Positions 40,902 through 52,345 of a stretch of 64,000 nt of DNA are shown one piece after another (within the stretch, counting starts at the first letter, position 1; each line of letters begins with the position of its first letter). The notes below the pieces were generated by a model. It saw only the letters and a list, made by a program, of their open reading frames with translations, was not told where the DNA came from and searched no databases. The DNA is from an uncultured Candidatus Rokubacteria bacterium (lineage in GTDB: Bacteria; Methylomirabilota; Methylomirabilia; Rokubacteriales; CSP1-6). The translations under genes and the position numbers were made by a program. The stretch spans positions 96,001 to 160,000 of the forward strand of contig CAVYTA010000007.1 of NCBI GenBank assembly GCA_963771355.1, written 5' to 3'.

Positions 40902-42164
40902 GTGACCTCCGTCTCGCCCATGGTCACCACCACGCCGGAGCGCGCCGAGGTGCCGCCGCCGCTCGCCGTTCCGCCGCACGAGGTGGCGCCGGAGTTGTTG
41001 ATGCACCGCGCGTTCGTCAACACCTATGCGCTCCGCACCCCCGACGGACTGCTTCTGGTGGACCCCGGGCTCCTCCGCAATGCCAGATCAGTCTACGACG
41101 CCGTGCGCGCGTGGAGCCCGGCGCCGCTCCACACCGCCGTCTATACCCACGGACACGTGGACCACGCCTTCGGGCTCGGCGCCTTCCTCGAGGCGGGCGA
41201 GCGGCCGGCCGTCGTGGCCCAGGAGCTGTGCGTCCAGCGCTTTCGACGCTATCGTCTCACCCACGGGCTCAACAACCACATCAACCGGCGCCAGTTCGGC
41301 AATCCCGCGATCACGTTTCCCGAAGAATTCATCTGGCCCACCCTCACGTTCCGCGAGTCGCTGGTGCAGCATCTCGGAGGTCAGGAGGTGCAGTACCACG
41401 CGGCCAAGGGCGAGACGGACGACCACTGCTTCGTCTGGATTCCCGGGCGCGGGTACCTCTTCACCGGCGACCTCATCCTCTGGGTGGCGCCCAATTGCGG
41501 CAATCCCCAGAAGGTCCAGCGCTATCCCGCCGAGTGGGCGGACGCGCTCGAGCGCATGGCGGCGCTCGACGCGGACTGGCTCTTCCCCGGCCACGGGTAT
41601 GTCGTCCACGGGCGGGAGGCGGTGCGCGCGGTCCTGACGGACACCGCCCGCTACCTGCGCGTCATCGTGGACCAGGTGCTGGCGCGGATGAATGCGGGCG
41701 AGACGCCGGAGGTGATCTTCCACGCGGTGGAGCCGGACCCGGTGCTGGCGACGCGGCCGTATCTCCGGGCGCGCTACGATCACCCCAAGTTCATCGTGCG
41801 CAACCTCCTGCGCCTCTGGGGCGGCTGGTGGGACGGTAACGCGGCGAACCTCCTGCCCGCGACCTGGGAGGCGCAGGCGCGCGAGATCGCCGCGCTCGCG
41901 GGCGGAGTCGAGGCGGTGGTGGCGCGCGGCCGTCGCCTGCTCGAGGCGGGCGACCTCGCCCTGGCCGCGCACCTGGCGGAGTGGGCCACGCGCGCCGCGC
42001 CCGAGGGTATTGAGGCACAGCGCCTCAAGCGCGACGTCTACGCGCGCCGGCTCGAGGAGGCCGAGGCGGTGATGGCGCAGGGAATCTTCCGCGCCGCCAT
42101 GAACGACGCGCGGGCGGCGCTGGGCGAGGCACCGCAGCGGCCGGCGGGCCCGATCACCCTCTGA
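40902..42164 (+). CDS. Alkyl-sulfatase-like MBL hydrolase with dimerisation domain
   Basis: THGHVDH, GETDD, PNCGNPQKVQR, PGHG, GGWWDG. Confidence 0.85.
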   Translation: MTSVSPMVTTTPERAEVPPPLAVPPHEVAPELLMHRAFVNTYALRTPDGLLLVDPGLLRNARSVYDAVRAWSPAPLHTAVYTHGHVDHAFGLGAFLEAGERPAVVAQELCVQRFRRYRLTHGLNNHINRRQFGNPAITFPEEFIWPTLTFRESLVQHLGGQEVQYHAAKGETDDHCFVWIPGRGYLFTGDLILWVAPNCGNPQKVQRYPAEWADALERMAALDADWLFPGHGYVVHGREAVRAVLTDTARYLRVIVDQVLARMNAGETPEVIFHAVEPDPVLATRPYLRARYDHPKFIVRNLLRLWGGWWDGNAANLLPATWEAQAREIAALAGGVEAVVARGRRLLEAGDLALAAHLAEWATRAAPEGIEAQRLKRDVYARRLEEAEAVMAQGIFRAAMNDARAALGEAPQRPAGPITL

Positions 42165-42191
42165 CCTGGGACCAGGCGAACGGGGACCAGG

Positions 42192-42968
42192 ATGACCACC
42201 GCGCCGTCGCGACCCTTCTACGGCGAGTTCGCATGGGCCTATGACCATCTCATTCCCCGGCCGGTGGCCGCCGAGTGCGCCGGCATCGCCGCGACGCTGG
42301 CCCGCCGCGGCCTGGCGCCGGACGCCACCGTGCTCGACGCCGGCTGCGGCAGCGGCCGCTACGCGCTGGAGCTGGCGCGTCTCGGCTACCAGGTGACCGG
42401 GCTCGATCGCTCGCCCGAGCTCCTCGACGAGGCCCGCCGCGCGTCCGAGGCGTCGCCGGCCACCGCCCATTTCGTGCGGGGCGACCTGCTCGCGCTGCCA
42501 CCCAGGGCCTCGTACGACGCCATCCTCGCTCGCGGCGTGCTCAATGACCTCGTGGAGGACTCGGAGCGGGACGCGGTCTTTCCGACCTTCGCCGGCGCGC
42601 TGGGTGCGGGGGGCGTCCTCCTCCTCGACGTGCGGGACTGGGAGGCCACCGCCGCGGACCGCTCACGCCGGCCCGTGGTGGAAAAGCGGGTGCAGACGGC
42701 GCGGGGTCCGCTCACGTTCCGCACGGTCACGCGGCTGGAGCCGGCCACCCACCGCATGCTCATCTCCGAGACGCATATCCTCGCCGCCGGGGGCGGCGAG
42801 ACCACGGCGCGGTACGAGTTCACGATGCGGTGCTGGACGCGCGAGGAGCTGGCGGCGCGGCTCGGCCGGGCCGGCTTCGCGGCGATCGAGTACCCGCCGG
42901 GCTACGAGACGGGGGCGGGCGCCGGTGGCGACCGGATCGTCGCGGTGGCGTCGAGGCGGGCCGAATGA
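42192..42968 (+). CDS. Class I SAM-dependent methyltransferase
   Basis: VLDAGCGSG motif I. Confidence 0.9.
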   Translation: MTTAPSRPFYGEFAWAYDHLIPRPVAAECAGIAATLARRGLAPDATVLDAGCGSGRYALELARLGYQVTGLDRSPELLDEARRASEASPATAHFVRGDLLALPPRASYDAILARGVLNDLVEDSERDAVFPTFAGALGAGGVLLLDVRDWEATAADRSRRPVVEKRVQTARGPLTFRTVTRLEPATHRMLISETHILAAGGGETTARYEFTMRCWTREELAARLGRAGFAAIEYPPGYETGAGAGGDRIVAVASRRAE

Positions 42969-43126
42969 CGGATGGGGCGCCGACTGGGTGTCGGTCAGGC
43001 GATCCGCGCTGAGTCCGGAGGTCGAACGCGTGCGCGAGCGAGGTGGTATGGTGTTCTCCAGCGTCGCCGAGGGCCCGCGGCTGGAGGATGGCCGCGGGCC
43101 CGGCTAGACCGTCGGAGGATCAAGCC

Positions 43127-43504
43127 ATGCCAGCACATACGCCCGAAGACTGTGACCGCCTCTTCGAGTACTACCTCAATTCCGGCGACCTCAACCACCT
43201 GGTCATGCTCTACGAGGACGGCTGCAGCCTGGTCCGGCGCGACGGCAGCGTGGGCACGGGACATGCCGCCATTCGCGCGGTGTTCGAGCCGATGCTGGCC
43301 ACGCGGCCGCGGATCAAGTGCGAGGTGGTGAAGGTCGTGCGGACGGGCGAGGATCTCGCGCTGGTGTACAACGACTGGACGCTCTCCGCCACCGGCGCCG
43401 ACGGGAACCCGATCCAGCGATCCGGCAAGGCCCTCGAGGTGGTGCGCCGGCAGCGCGACGGCAGCTGGCGCGTCGCCATCGACGATCCGATGGCGCGAGG
43501 CTGA
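43127..43504 (+). CDS. NTF2-like (YybH/DUF4440) protein
   Basis: GHAAIRA, EVVRRQRDGSWRVAIDDP; GGAGG SD. Confidence 0.88.
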   Translation: MPAHTPEDCDRLFEYYLNSGDLNHLVMLYEDGCSLVRRDGSVGTGHAAIRAVFEPMLATRPRIKCEVVKVVRTGEDLALVYNDWTLSATGADGNPIQRSGKALEVVRRQRDGSWRVAIDDPMARG

Positions 43505-43932
43505 TGTCCGAGCTGGCCCTCTCGGTGGAGACGTCCCCCGCGGAGCAGGACGTGGAGGCGCTCGCGCGAGGGCTCACCGAGCATGCGCTCCCGGTGACGG
43601 GGCGCCCGGGCTTCCATCCCCTGAGCGTCTTCGCCCGCGATCGCGAAGGCGCGCTCGTCGGCGGCGTGCACGGCCAGGTCAACTGGAACTGGCTGCACAT
43701 CTCCCTCTTCTGGGTGTCGGAGGATTGCCGCCACCAGGGCCTGGGCTCGCGGCTCCTCGCCGCCATCGAGACCGCCGCCGTCGAGCGGGGCTGTTCTCAG
43801 GCCCATCTCGACACCTTCAGCTACCAGGCGCGGCCGTTCTACGAGCGCCAGGGCTATCGGCTCTTCGCGACTCTGGAGGATTATCCGCCTGGCCAGCAGC
43901 GATTCTTCCTTCGCAAGCCGCTGCGGCCCTGA
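43504..43932 (+). CDS. GNAT acetyltransferase
   Basis: WVSEDCRHQGLGSRLL, LDTFSYQARPFYERQGY. Confidence 0.9.
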   Translation: MSELALSVETSPAEQDVEALARGLTEHALPVTGRPGFHPLSVFARDREGALVGGVHGQVNWNWLHISLFWVSEDCRHQGLGSRLLAAIETAAVERGCSQAHLDTFSYQARPFYERQGYRLFATLEDYPPGQQRFFLRKPLRP

Positions 43933-44468
43933 TGGCGGTGACGCTCGAGACGGAGCGTCTGGTGCTCCGCATGTTCGAGGCGGCCGATTTTGAAGCCTAC
44001 GCCGCGATGTGCGGTGATCCCGAGGTGATGCGGTTCATCGGCGACGGTCAGCCGCTGGCGCCCCCCATGGCCTGGCGCAGCCTGGCCATGGTCATCGGGC
44101 ACTGGTCCTTGCGAGGCTACGGCCTCTGGGCCGCCACCGAGCGCGCGTCGGGAGCGCTGGTGGGCCGCATCGGCTTCTGGAATCCCGATGGCTGGCCCGG
44201 CTTCGAGCTGGGCTGGCTGCTGGGTCGGCCCTACTGGGGACGCGGCTATGCCACCGAGGCCGCGCGCGCCGCGCTGGAGTGGGGCTTCGCCCAGCTCGGG
44301 CAGCCGCAGGTGATCAGCCTCATCTATCCCGACAATGCCGCGTCCATCCGGGTGGCGTCTCGACTGGGAGAAAAGCTGGCCGACCGCATCGAGCTCCTGG
44401 GGAAGCCGGTGTTGCTCTACCGTATCGCCCGGGACGAATGGGCGAAGGGGGCGGCTGCGTGCCGGTGA
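43932..44468 (+). CDS. GNAT acetyltransferase (RimJ/RimL-like)
   Basis: LETERLVLR, ELGW, YWGRGYATEAA, NAASIRVA. Confidence 0.9.
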   Translation: MAVTLETERLVLRMFEAADFEAYAAMCGDPEVMRFIGDGQPLAPPMAWRSLAMVIGHWSLRGYGLWAATERASGALVGRIGFWNPDGWPGFELGWLLGRPYWGRGYATEAARAALEWGFAQLGQPQVISLIYPDNAASIRVASRLGEKLADRIELLGKPVLLYRIARDEWAKGAAACR

Positions 44469-45199
44469 TCTTCGTGCACGGCGTGCCGGACACCGAGCGG
44501 GTCTGGCACAAGGTGATCGCCCGCCTCGAGCGCCGCGACGTCGTGACGGTGCGGCTGCCGGGCTTCGGCTGCCCGGTCCCGCCCGGCTTCGCGGCCACCA
44601 AGGACGCGTACGCCGCCTGGCTCGTCGAGCAGATCGCCTCCCACCCCGAGCCGGTGGACCTGGTGGGCCACGACTGGGGCGCCATCCTCGCCGTCCGCGC
44701 CGCGTCGCTGCGGCCGGACCGCGTCCGCTCCTGGGCGGCCGGCGGCGCGCCGCTCGATCCCGACTACGTGTGGCATCAGGCGGCGCAGGCCTGGCAGACG
44801 CCCGAGGTCGGCGAGGCGGTGATGCAGCGGCTCACGCCGGAGGCGCTGGCCAAGGCGCTGGCCGCCGCGGGCGTGCCGCCCGATGACGCGCGCGAGACCG
44901 CCGCGCACCTCGACGACACCATGAAGCAGTGCATTCTCCGCCTCTACCGGTCCGCCGTGCATGCCGGGCGCGAGTGGCTGCCCGAGCTGGCGCGCATCCC
45001 CCGCCGGGGCCTCGTGCTGTGGGGCGAGCGCGATCCCTATGCCGCGGTGGACTTCGGCCGGCGGCTCGCGGAGCGCACCGGCGCCCGTTTCGCCCCCCTC
45101 GCGGATTGCTCCCACTGGTGGCCGCTCGAGCGTCCGGACGTGGTGGCGGCGGAGCTCGGCGCGCTCTGGCGGCCGGCGGAGTCGTCGCCCCCGCGATAG
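44459..45199 (+). CDS. Alpha/beta-fold hydrolase
   Basis: FVHGVPD, LVGHDWGA, WGERD, SHWWP. Confidence 0.9.
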   Translation: MPVIFVHGVPDTERVWHKVIARLERRDVVTVRLPGFGCPVPPGFAATKDAYAAWLVEQIASHPEPVDLVGHDWGAILAVRAASLRPDRVRSWAAGGAPLDPDYVWHQAAQAWQTPEVGEAVMQRLTPEALAKALAAAGVPPDDARETAAHLDDTMKQCILRLYRSAVHAGREWLPELARIPRRGLVLWGERDPYAAVDFGRRLAERTGARFAPLADCSHWWPLERPDVVAAELGALWRPAESSPPR

Positions 45200-45281
45200 A
45201 CCACGCCCGCGCGGCACGGGCACCCATCCCGGCCATCAGCCGGCGGGAGGGCCTCCTGACGCTGTGGTATCGTTAGTCCCC

Positions 45282-47468
45282 ATGCCGGCGCCCGCCGCGG
45301 TCCGCGACACCATACTCGGTCCGCTCAATGACGCTCAGCGCGAGGCCGTCACCGCCACCGAGGGGCCCGTGCTCGTGCTCGCGGGGGCGGGCAGCGGCAA
45401 GACCCGCGTCATCGCGCACCGCATCGCCTATCTGCTCGCCGTCGAGGGCGTGAACTCCCGGAGCGTGCTCGCCGTCACCTTCACCAACAAGGCGGCGGAG
45501 GAGATGCGCCGGCGGGTGGAGGACCTCGTGCTGCCGCTGGGCCTCCGACCGCCGCTCATCGCCACCTTCCACTCCACCTGTGTCCGCATCCTGCGCGAGC
45601 ACGCGCCCCGCATCGGGCTGCCCGCCGGCTTCGTCATCTACGACGAGGACGACCGCCTCACTCTCGTGAAGGAGGCGATGCGCGAGCTGCAGTTCGACGA
45701 GCGCGAGGTGACCCCCGCCTCCGTCGTGCACCGGCTGAGCCACGCCAAGAATCAGATGGTCTCGGTGGAGGAGGCGGAGCGGCTTGCCCGCACTCCGCGC
45801 GAGGAGCGCATCGCCTCGCTCTATCGCGTGTACGAGACGCGGCTCCGGGCTGCGGGGGCGGTGGACTTCGACGACCTCCTTCTCCTCGTGGTGCGCCTCT
45901 TCGAGACCTCGCCGGCCACGCTGGACGCGTACCGGGACCGGTGGAAGTACGTGCTGGTGGACGAGTACCAGGACACCAACCGCGCCCAGTACCGCATCAT
46001 CCGTCTGCTCACGCAGGAGCACCGGAACCTCTGCGTGGTGGGCGATCCCGACCAGTCGGTGTACCGCTGGCGCGGCGCGGATCTCCGCAACATCCTCGAC
46101 TTCGAGAAGGACTTCCCCGACTGCCGGGTGGTGCCGCTGGAGCAGAACTACCGCTCCACCAAGCAGATCCTCCGCATGGCCTCGGCGGTGATCGAGCACA
46201 ACACCGCCCGCAAGGACAAGCGCCTCTGGACCGAGAACCCGGAGGGTGAGCGCGCGCAGGTCTACCGGGCCTGGGACGAGAACGAGGAGGCCGCCTTCGT
46301 GGCCCGCGCCATCCGCGGCCTGCACACCGAGAACCTGGATTACCGCGACGTGGCGGTCTTCTACCGCACCAACGCCCAGTCGCGCGTGCTGGAAGACGCG
46401 CTGCGCCGCGCCAGCATCCCCTACCTGATCGTGGGCGGGGTGCGCTTCTACGAGCGGCGCGAGGTGAAGGACGTGGTGGCGTATCTGCGCCTCGTCGTGA
46501 ACCCCCGAGACGACGTAGCTTTTCGCCGAGCCGTCGCGGCGCCGTCACGCGGCATCGGGCGCTCCACTCTCGAGCACATGGACGGCGCCGCGCGCCGCCG
46601 GGGTGGGGGGCTGCTGGAGGCCTGCGCGGAGATCCCGGTGGAGGTCGGCAGCAAGGCCCGACGGGCCCTCGAGGACTTCGCCCGCCTGATCGTGCGGCTG
46701 GCGGCATCTCGGACCACCGCCACGCTGCCTGCCCTCATCGACGAGGTGCTGGCGGGCTCGGGCTATCGCGACGCGCTCAAGGCCGAGCGGACCGCCGAGG
46801 CGGACACCCGCCTCGAGAACCTGGAGGAGCTCATCGCGGCGTCGGAGGAGTTCATCGTGGCGCGCGAGCTGGAGGGCACGCCGGCGACGCTGGAAGCCTT
46901 CCTGGATTCCGTCTCGCTGGTGGCCGATACCGACGAGCTGGATCCCGCGGCGGCGGGGGTGACCTTGATGACGCTGCACTCCGCCAAGGGCCTCGAGTTC
47001 CCGGTGGTGTTCCTCACGGGGCTCGAGGAGGGCGTGTTCCCACACTCGCGCTCCATGAACGACCGCGAGGAGCTGGAGGAGGAGCGCCGGCTCTGCTACG
47101 TGGGCCTCACCCGCGCCCGCGCGCGGCTCTTTCTCTCGCACGCCCTGCACCGGCGCATCCAGGGATACGGCGTGGGCGAGCCGTCGCGCTTCCTGCTCGA
47201 GATCCCGGAGGAGGAGATCGTGCTCCTCAATAGCCGGGCCAGCACCCCGCGCATGCCCACCTTGCCCGCCGCGCCGGCGCCCGACGAGGTGGACGCGGAC
47301 CTGCCCTTCCAGGTGGGCGCGCGGCTGCGCCATGCCCGCTGGGGCGAGGGCCTGCTGGTGGGCATCCAGCGGGAGGGCGAGGACGTGCTCGTCACCGTCC
47401 ACTTCGCCAGCGTCGGCCGCAAGCGTCTCTCGCTCCAGTACGCCCACCTGGAGGAGATCGAGTCGTGA
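45282..47468 (+). CDS. pcrA: ATP-dependent DNA helicase PcrA/UvrD
   Basis: AGAGSGKT, VDEYQD, TLHSAKGLEF, EERRLCYVG, C-terminal Tudor domain. Confidence 0.95.
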   Translation: MPAPAAVRDTILGPLNDAQREAVTATEGPVLVLAGAGSGKTRVIAHRIAYLLAVEGVNSRSVLAVTFTNKAAEEMRRRVEDLVLPLGLRPPLIATFHSTCVRILREHAPRIGLPAGFVIYDEDDRLTLVKEAMRELQFDEREVTPASVVHRLSHAKNQMVSVEEAERLARTPREERIASLYRVYETRLRAAGAVDFDDLLLLVVRLFETSPATLDAYRDRWKYVLVDEYQDTNRAQYRIIRLLTQEHRNLCVVGDPDQSVYRWRGADLRNILDFEKDFPDCRVVPLEQNYRSTKQILRMASAVIEHNTARKDKRLWTENPEGERAQVYRAWDENEEAAFVARAIRGLHTENLDYRDVAVFYRTNAQSRVLEDALRRASIPYLIVGGVRFYERREVKDVVAYLRLVVNPRDDVAFRRAVAAPSRGIGRSTLEHMDGAARRRGGGLLEACAEIPVEVGSKARRALEDFARLIVRLAASRTTATLPALIDEVLAGSGYRDALKAERTAEADTRLENLEELIAASEEFIVARELEGTPATLEAFLDSVSLVADTDELDPAAAGVTLMTLHSAKGLEFPVVFLTGLEEGVFPHSRSMNDREELEEERRLCYVGLTRARARLFLSHALHRRIQGYGVGEPSRFLLEIPEEEIVLLNSRASTPRMPTLPAAPAPDEVDADLPFQVGARLRHARWGEGLLVGIQREGEDVLVTVHFASVGRKRLSLQYAHLEEIES

Positions 47469-47764
47469 CCGAGCCCAGGATCTCGCGCGAGGACGTCGAG
47501 CACGTGGCGCGGCTCTCGCGACTGGAGCTGGCGGAAGCCGAGCTGCTCCGCATGCAGGCGGAGCTGAACAATATCCTCGCCTACATCGACAAGCTCCGCT
47601 CGGTGGACACCACCGGCGTCCCGCCCACCTCGCACGCGGTGCCGCTTACCAACGTGATGCGCGAGGACGAGCCGCGCCCGTCCTTCCCGCTCGCCGATAT
47701 GCTGGCCAACGCGCCCGATGCCGCCGGGGCCTTCTTCCGCGTGCCGCGGATTATTGAGGAGTGA
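47465..47764 (+). CDS. gatC: Asp/Glu-tRNA amidotransferase subunit C
   Basis: HVARLSRL, REDE, FFRVPRIIE. Confidence 0.96.
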   Translation: MTEPRISREDVEHVARLSRLELAEAELLRMQAELNNILAYIDKLRSVDTTGVPPTSHAVPLTNVMREDEPRPSFPLADMLANAPDAAGAFFRVPRIIEE

Positions 47765-47798
47765 CGCGTTGGGAGGAATGACGCGTTGGGAGGAGTGA
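47756..47798 (+). repeat. 17-bp tandem repeat (~2.5 copies) in the gatC-gatA junction
   Basis: GAGGAGTGACGCGTTGG GAGGAATGACGCGTTGG GAGGAGTGA. Confidence 0.9.
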
Positions 47799-49266
47799 GT
47801 GAGAAGCTCGCGGCGCTGACCATCGACGCGCTCGCCGCGAAGTTCCGCGCCGGGGAGGCCACGCCCAGTGACGCCGCGCGGGATTACCTCGCCCGCATCG
47901 AGGCGCACGATCCGAGCATCCGCGCCTTCATGACGGTGACGCGTGACGTGGCGCTGGCCCAGGCCGCCGAGGCGGACGCGCGCTTCAAGGCGGGCGAGCC
48001 GCGCGGGCCCCTGGACGGGGTGCCCATCGCGCTCAAGGACGTGTTCTGCACGCGGGGCATCCGCACCACGTGCGGCTCGAAGATTCTCGAGCAGTTCGTG
48101 CCGCCGTACGACGCCACCGCCTATCAGCGCCTCCGGGCCGCGGGGGCGGTGCTGCTCGGCAAGCTCAACATGGACGAGTTCGCCATGGGCTCCTCCACCG
48201 AGAACTCCGCCTACTTCACCACGCGCAACCCGTGGGACCTCGATCGCGTGCCCGGGGGCTCCTCGGGCGGTTCCTCCGCCGCGGTGGCGGCCGACCTGGC
48301 CGCCGCCAGCTTCGGCACCGACACCGGCGGGTCGATCCGGCAGCCGGCGGCCTTTTGCGGCGTGGTGGGGCTCAAGCCGACCTATGGCCGCGTCTCGCGC
48401 TACGGCCTGGTGGCCTTCGCCTCGTCGCTCGACCAGATCGGGCCCTTCACCAAGACGGTGGCGGACACCGCCCGCGTGCTCCAGGTGATCGCGGGGGCCG
48501 ACCCCATGGACTCCACCGCGGCTCCCGTCCCCGTGCCCGACTACCTGGCCGCGCTGGGAGGCGGCGTGAAGGGGCTTCGCATCGGCATTCCGCGCGAGTA
48601 CTTCATCGACGGCATGGACCCCGAGGTGGAGCAGGCGGTGCGGGCGGCGGTGGAGGTGCTGCGCGCTCTCGGCGCCCAGACCGACGACGTGTCGCTCCCG
48701 CACACGGAGTATGGGCTCGCCGCCTACTACCTCATCGGGCCCGCCGAGGCCTCCTCCAATCTCGCCCGCTACGACGGCGTCAAGTACGGGCTGCGGGTGC
48801 CCGGCCGCGACCTGGTCGACATGTCGAGCAAGACGCGGGCCGCCGGATTTGGAAGAGAAGTCAAGCGGCGCATCATGCTCGGGACTTACGCGCTGTCCGC
48901 CGGCTACTACGACGCCTACTACGGCCAGGCGCAGCGGGTGCGCACGCTGGTGGCCCGCGACTTCGAGGCCGCGTTCGGGCGCGTGGACGCCATCGTGGCG
49001 CCCACCACCCCGGGCGTCGCGTTCAAGATCGGCGAGAAGGAAGACCCGATCCAGATGTATCTCAACGACGTGTTCACCATCCCGGTGAGCCTGGCGGGGC
49101 TGCCCGGCATCTCGGTGCCGGCGGGCTTCACGCGGCAGGGGCTGCCCATCGGCCTGCAGGTGATCGGGCGCGCCTACGACGAGGCCACCGTGCTCCGCGT
49201 GGCCCACGCCTACGAGCAGGCCACCGACTGGCACACGCGAAAGCCGGCCCTCGAGGCGGTGTCCCG

Positions 49267-49270
<4 letters not shown>
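47795..49270 (+). CDS. gatA: Amidotransferase subunit A
   Basis: Amidase signature [19 protein letters not shown]. Confidence 0.97.
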
Positions 49271-50763
<1,493 letters not shown>

Positions 50764-50789
50764 TAGGTTAAGTAGAATGAGCGCAGCCC

Positions 50790-51461
50790 ATGATCCGGCT
50801 TCACCATGTGGGGAAGGTGTTCGGTGCAGGCCCCGCCAGGCGAGTGGCCCTCAGCGATGTCTCGTTCAGCGTAGCCCGGGGTGATTTCGCCGTACTCAGT
50901 GGCCCCAGCGGGGCGGGCAAGACCACCCTCCTCCGCCTCATCTACCGCGAGGAATTGCCCACCGAGGGCGAGATCGAGATCGCGGGGATCGACGTGCCGG
51001 GTCTTCGGCGCCGCCAGGTCCCCCGGCTCCGGCGCTCGATCGGCATCGTGTTCCAGGACGCCAAGCTGCTCGCCGGCCGCACCGTGTTCGAGAACATCGC
51101 CTTCGTGCTCCGTGTCATCGGCACTCCCAGAAGAGACATCACGCCGCGGGCCTTCGCCGCGCTCAAGGCGGTGGGGCTCTCGTCGCGGGCCCAGGCGTAT
51201 CCCAAGCAGCTCTCCCAGGGCGAGGCCCAGCGGGCGTCGCTGGCGCGCGCGATCGCGAAATCGCCCGGGCTCCTCCTCGCCGACGAGCCCACCGGCAACT
51301 TGGACGACGACATGGCGGAGGAGATCCTCGAGGTGATCCGCGACATCTGGCAGCGGGGCACCACGGTGTTCCTGGCCACGCATCAGGCCGGCCTCGCCGC
51401 CCACCTCAAGCGCCGCACCCTCACCCTGGACGGCGGTCGCCTCGTGAAAGACGAAGGGTAG
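50790..51461 (+). CDS. ftsE: Cell division ATP-binding protein
   Basis: GPSGAGKT, VFQD, ADEPTGNLD; upstream of ftsX. Confidence 0.9.
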   Translation: MIRLHHVGKVFGAGPARRVALSDVSFSVARGDFAVLSGPSGAGKTTLLRLIYREELPTEGEIEIAGIDVPGLRRRQVPRLRRSIGIVFQDAKLLAGRTVFENIAFVLRVIGTPRRDITPRAFAALKAVGLSSRAQAYPKQLSQGEAQRASLARAIAKSPGLLLADEPTGNLDDDMAEEILEVIRDIWQRGTTVFLATHQAGLAAHLKRRTLTLDGGRLVKDEG

Positions 51462-52345
51462 TGCTCTCGTTTCTGGTGAGCGAAGCCCTGCGGGACCTCC
51501 GACGGGCGGGCCGCGTGGGGCTGTCCGCCATCCTGCTCATCACGCTGTCGCTGGGCGCGCTCGGCTGCTTCTGGCTGCTGTCCCTCAATCTGGGCCGCGC
51601 GGTGACCCAGTGGCGGGAGCGCGTGCGCATCGTCGCCTATCTTCGAGAAGAGCCGAAGCCCGCCGCGGTCGAGGACCTGGTCGGCCGGGTGCAAGCGCTG
51701 GGGGGTGTCCAGCGCGTGCGCTACGTCTCGCGCGCCGAGGCGCTGGCCTTGCTCAAGCGCTCGCTGGGGCCGCAGGCCAGCGTGGTGGAGCAGCTCCCGC
51801 GGAACCCGCTGCCCGCTTCCCTCGAGCTGACGCCGGACGAGCAGACGGCCACCCCCGAGGGCACGCGCGCCCTGGTGCAGCGGCTCAGCGCGCTGCCGGA
51901 GGTGGAAGAGGTGCAAGGCGGCGCGGAATGGGTGGAGAGCCTCGCCCAGTGGCAGCGGCTTTTCCAGCTCACCGGGCTCGGGGTGGGCGCGGTGCTCGCG
52001 CTGGCCGCCATCCTCACCGTCACCACCGCCACCACCCTCGTGCTCCACGTGCGCCGCGACGAGATGGAGATCATGCGGCTGGTGGGCGCCACCGAGATGG
52101 TGATCCGGCTCCCGCTGCTCCTCCAGGGGATGGCGCAGGGCCTGCTCGGCGCCGTCGTTGCGCTCGGTGCGCTCGAGGTGGCGTATGTCCTCCTCGCGCC
52201 GCGCCTCGAGCCCCTGCTCAACCTCACGCTCGGGCTCGGCCGCGCCGTCTTCCTCTCCGCGCCGCAGGTGACGCTGCTGCTGGCGGGCGGCGCCATGCTG
52301 GGCGCCCTCGGGGGATTGCTCGCCAAGGGACGGGCCGAGGCGTGA
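51461..52345 (+). CDS. ftsX: Cell division permease
   Basis: NPLPAS, EMEIMRLVGAT, four TMs. Confidence 0.9.
   Translation: MLSFLVSEALRDLRRAGRVGLSAILLITLSLGALGCFWLLSLNLGRAVTQWRERVRIVAYLREEPKPAAVEDLVGRVQALGGVQRVRYVSRAEALALLKRSLGPQASVVEQLPRNPLPASLELTPDEQTATPEGTRALVQRLSALPEVEEVQGGAEWVESLAQWQRLFQLTGLGVGAVLALAAILTVTTATTLVLHVRRDEMEIMRLVGATEMVIRLPLLLQGMAQGLLGAVVALGALEVAYVLLAPRLEPLLNLTLGLGRAVFLSAPQVTLLLAGGAMLGALGGLLAKGRAEA

Noticed and set aside
43042..43100. Fluoride riboswitch (ATGGTGTTCTCC resemblance)
   Set aside because: Lacks the P1 pairing and downstream CTRATG motif; better explained as an extended -10.
38135..45199. Integron cassette array
   Set aside because: Genes overlap or have very short spacers; no attC-like repeats or integrase.
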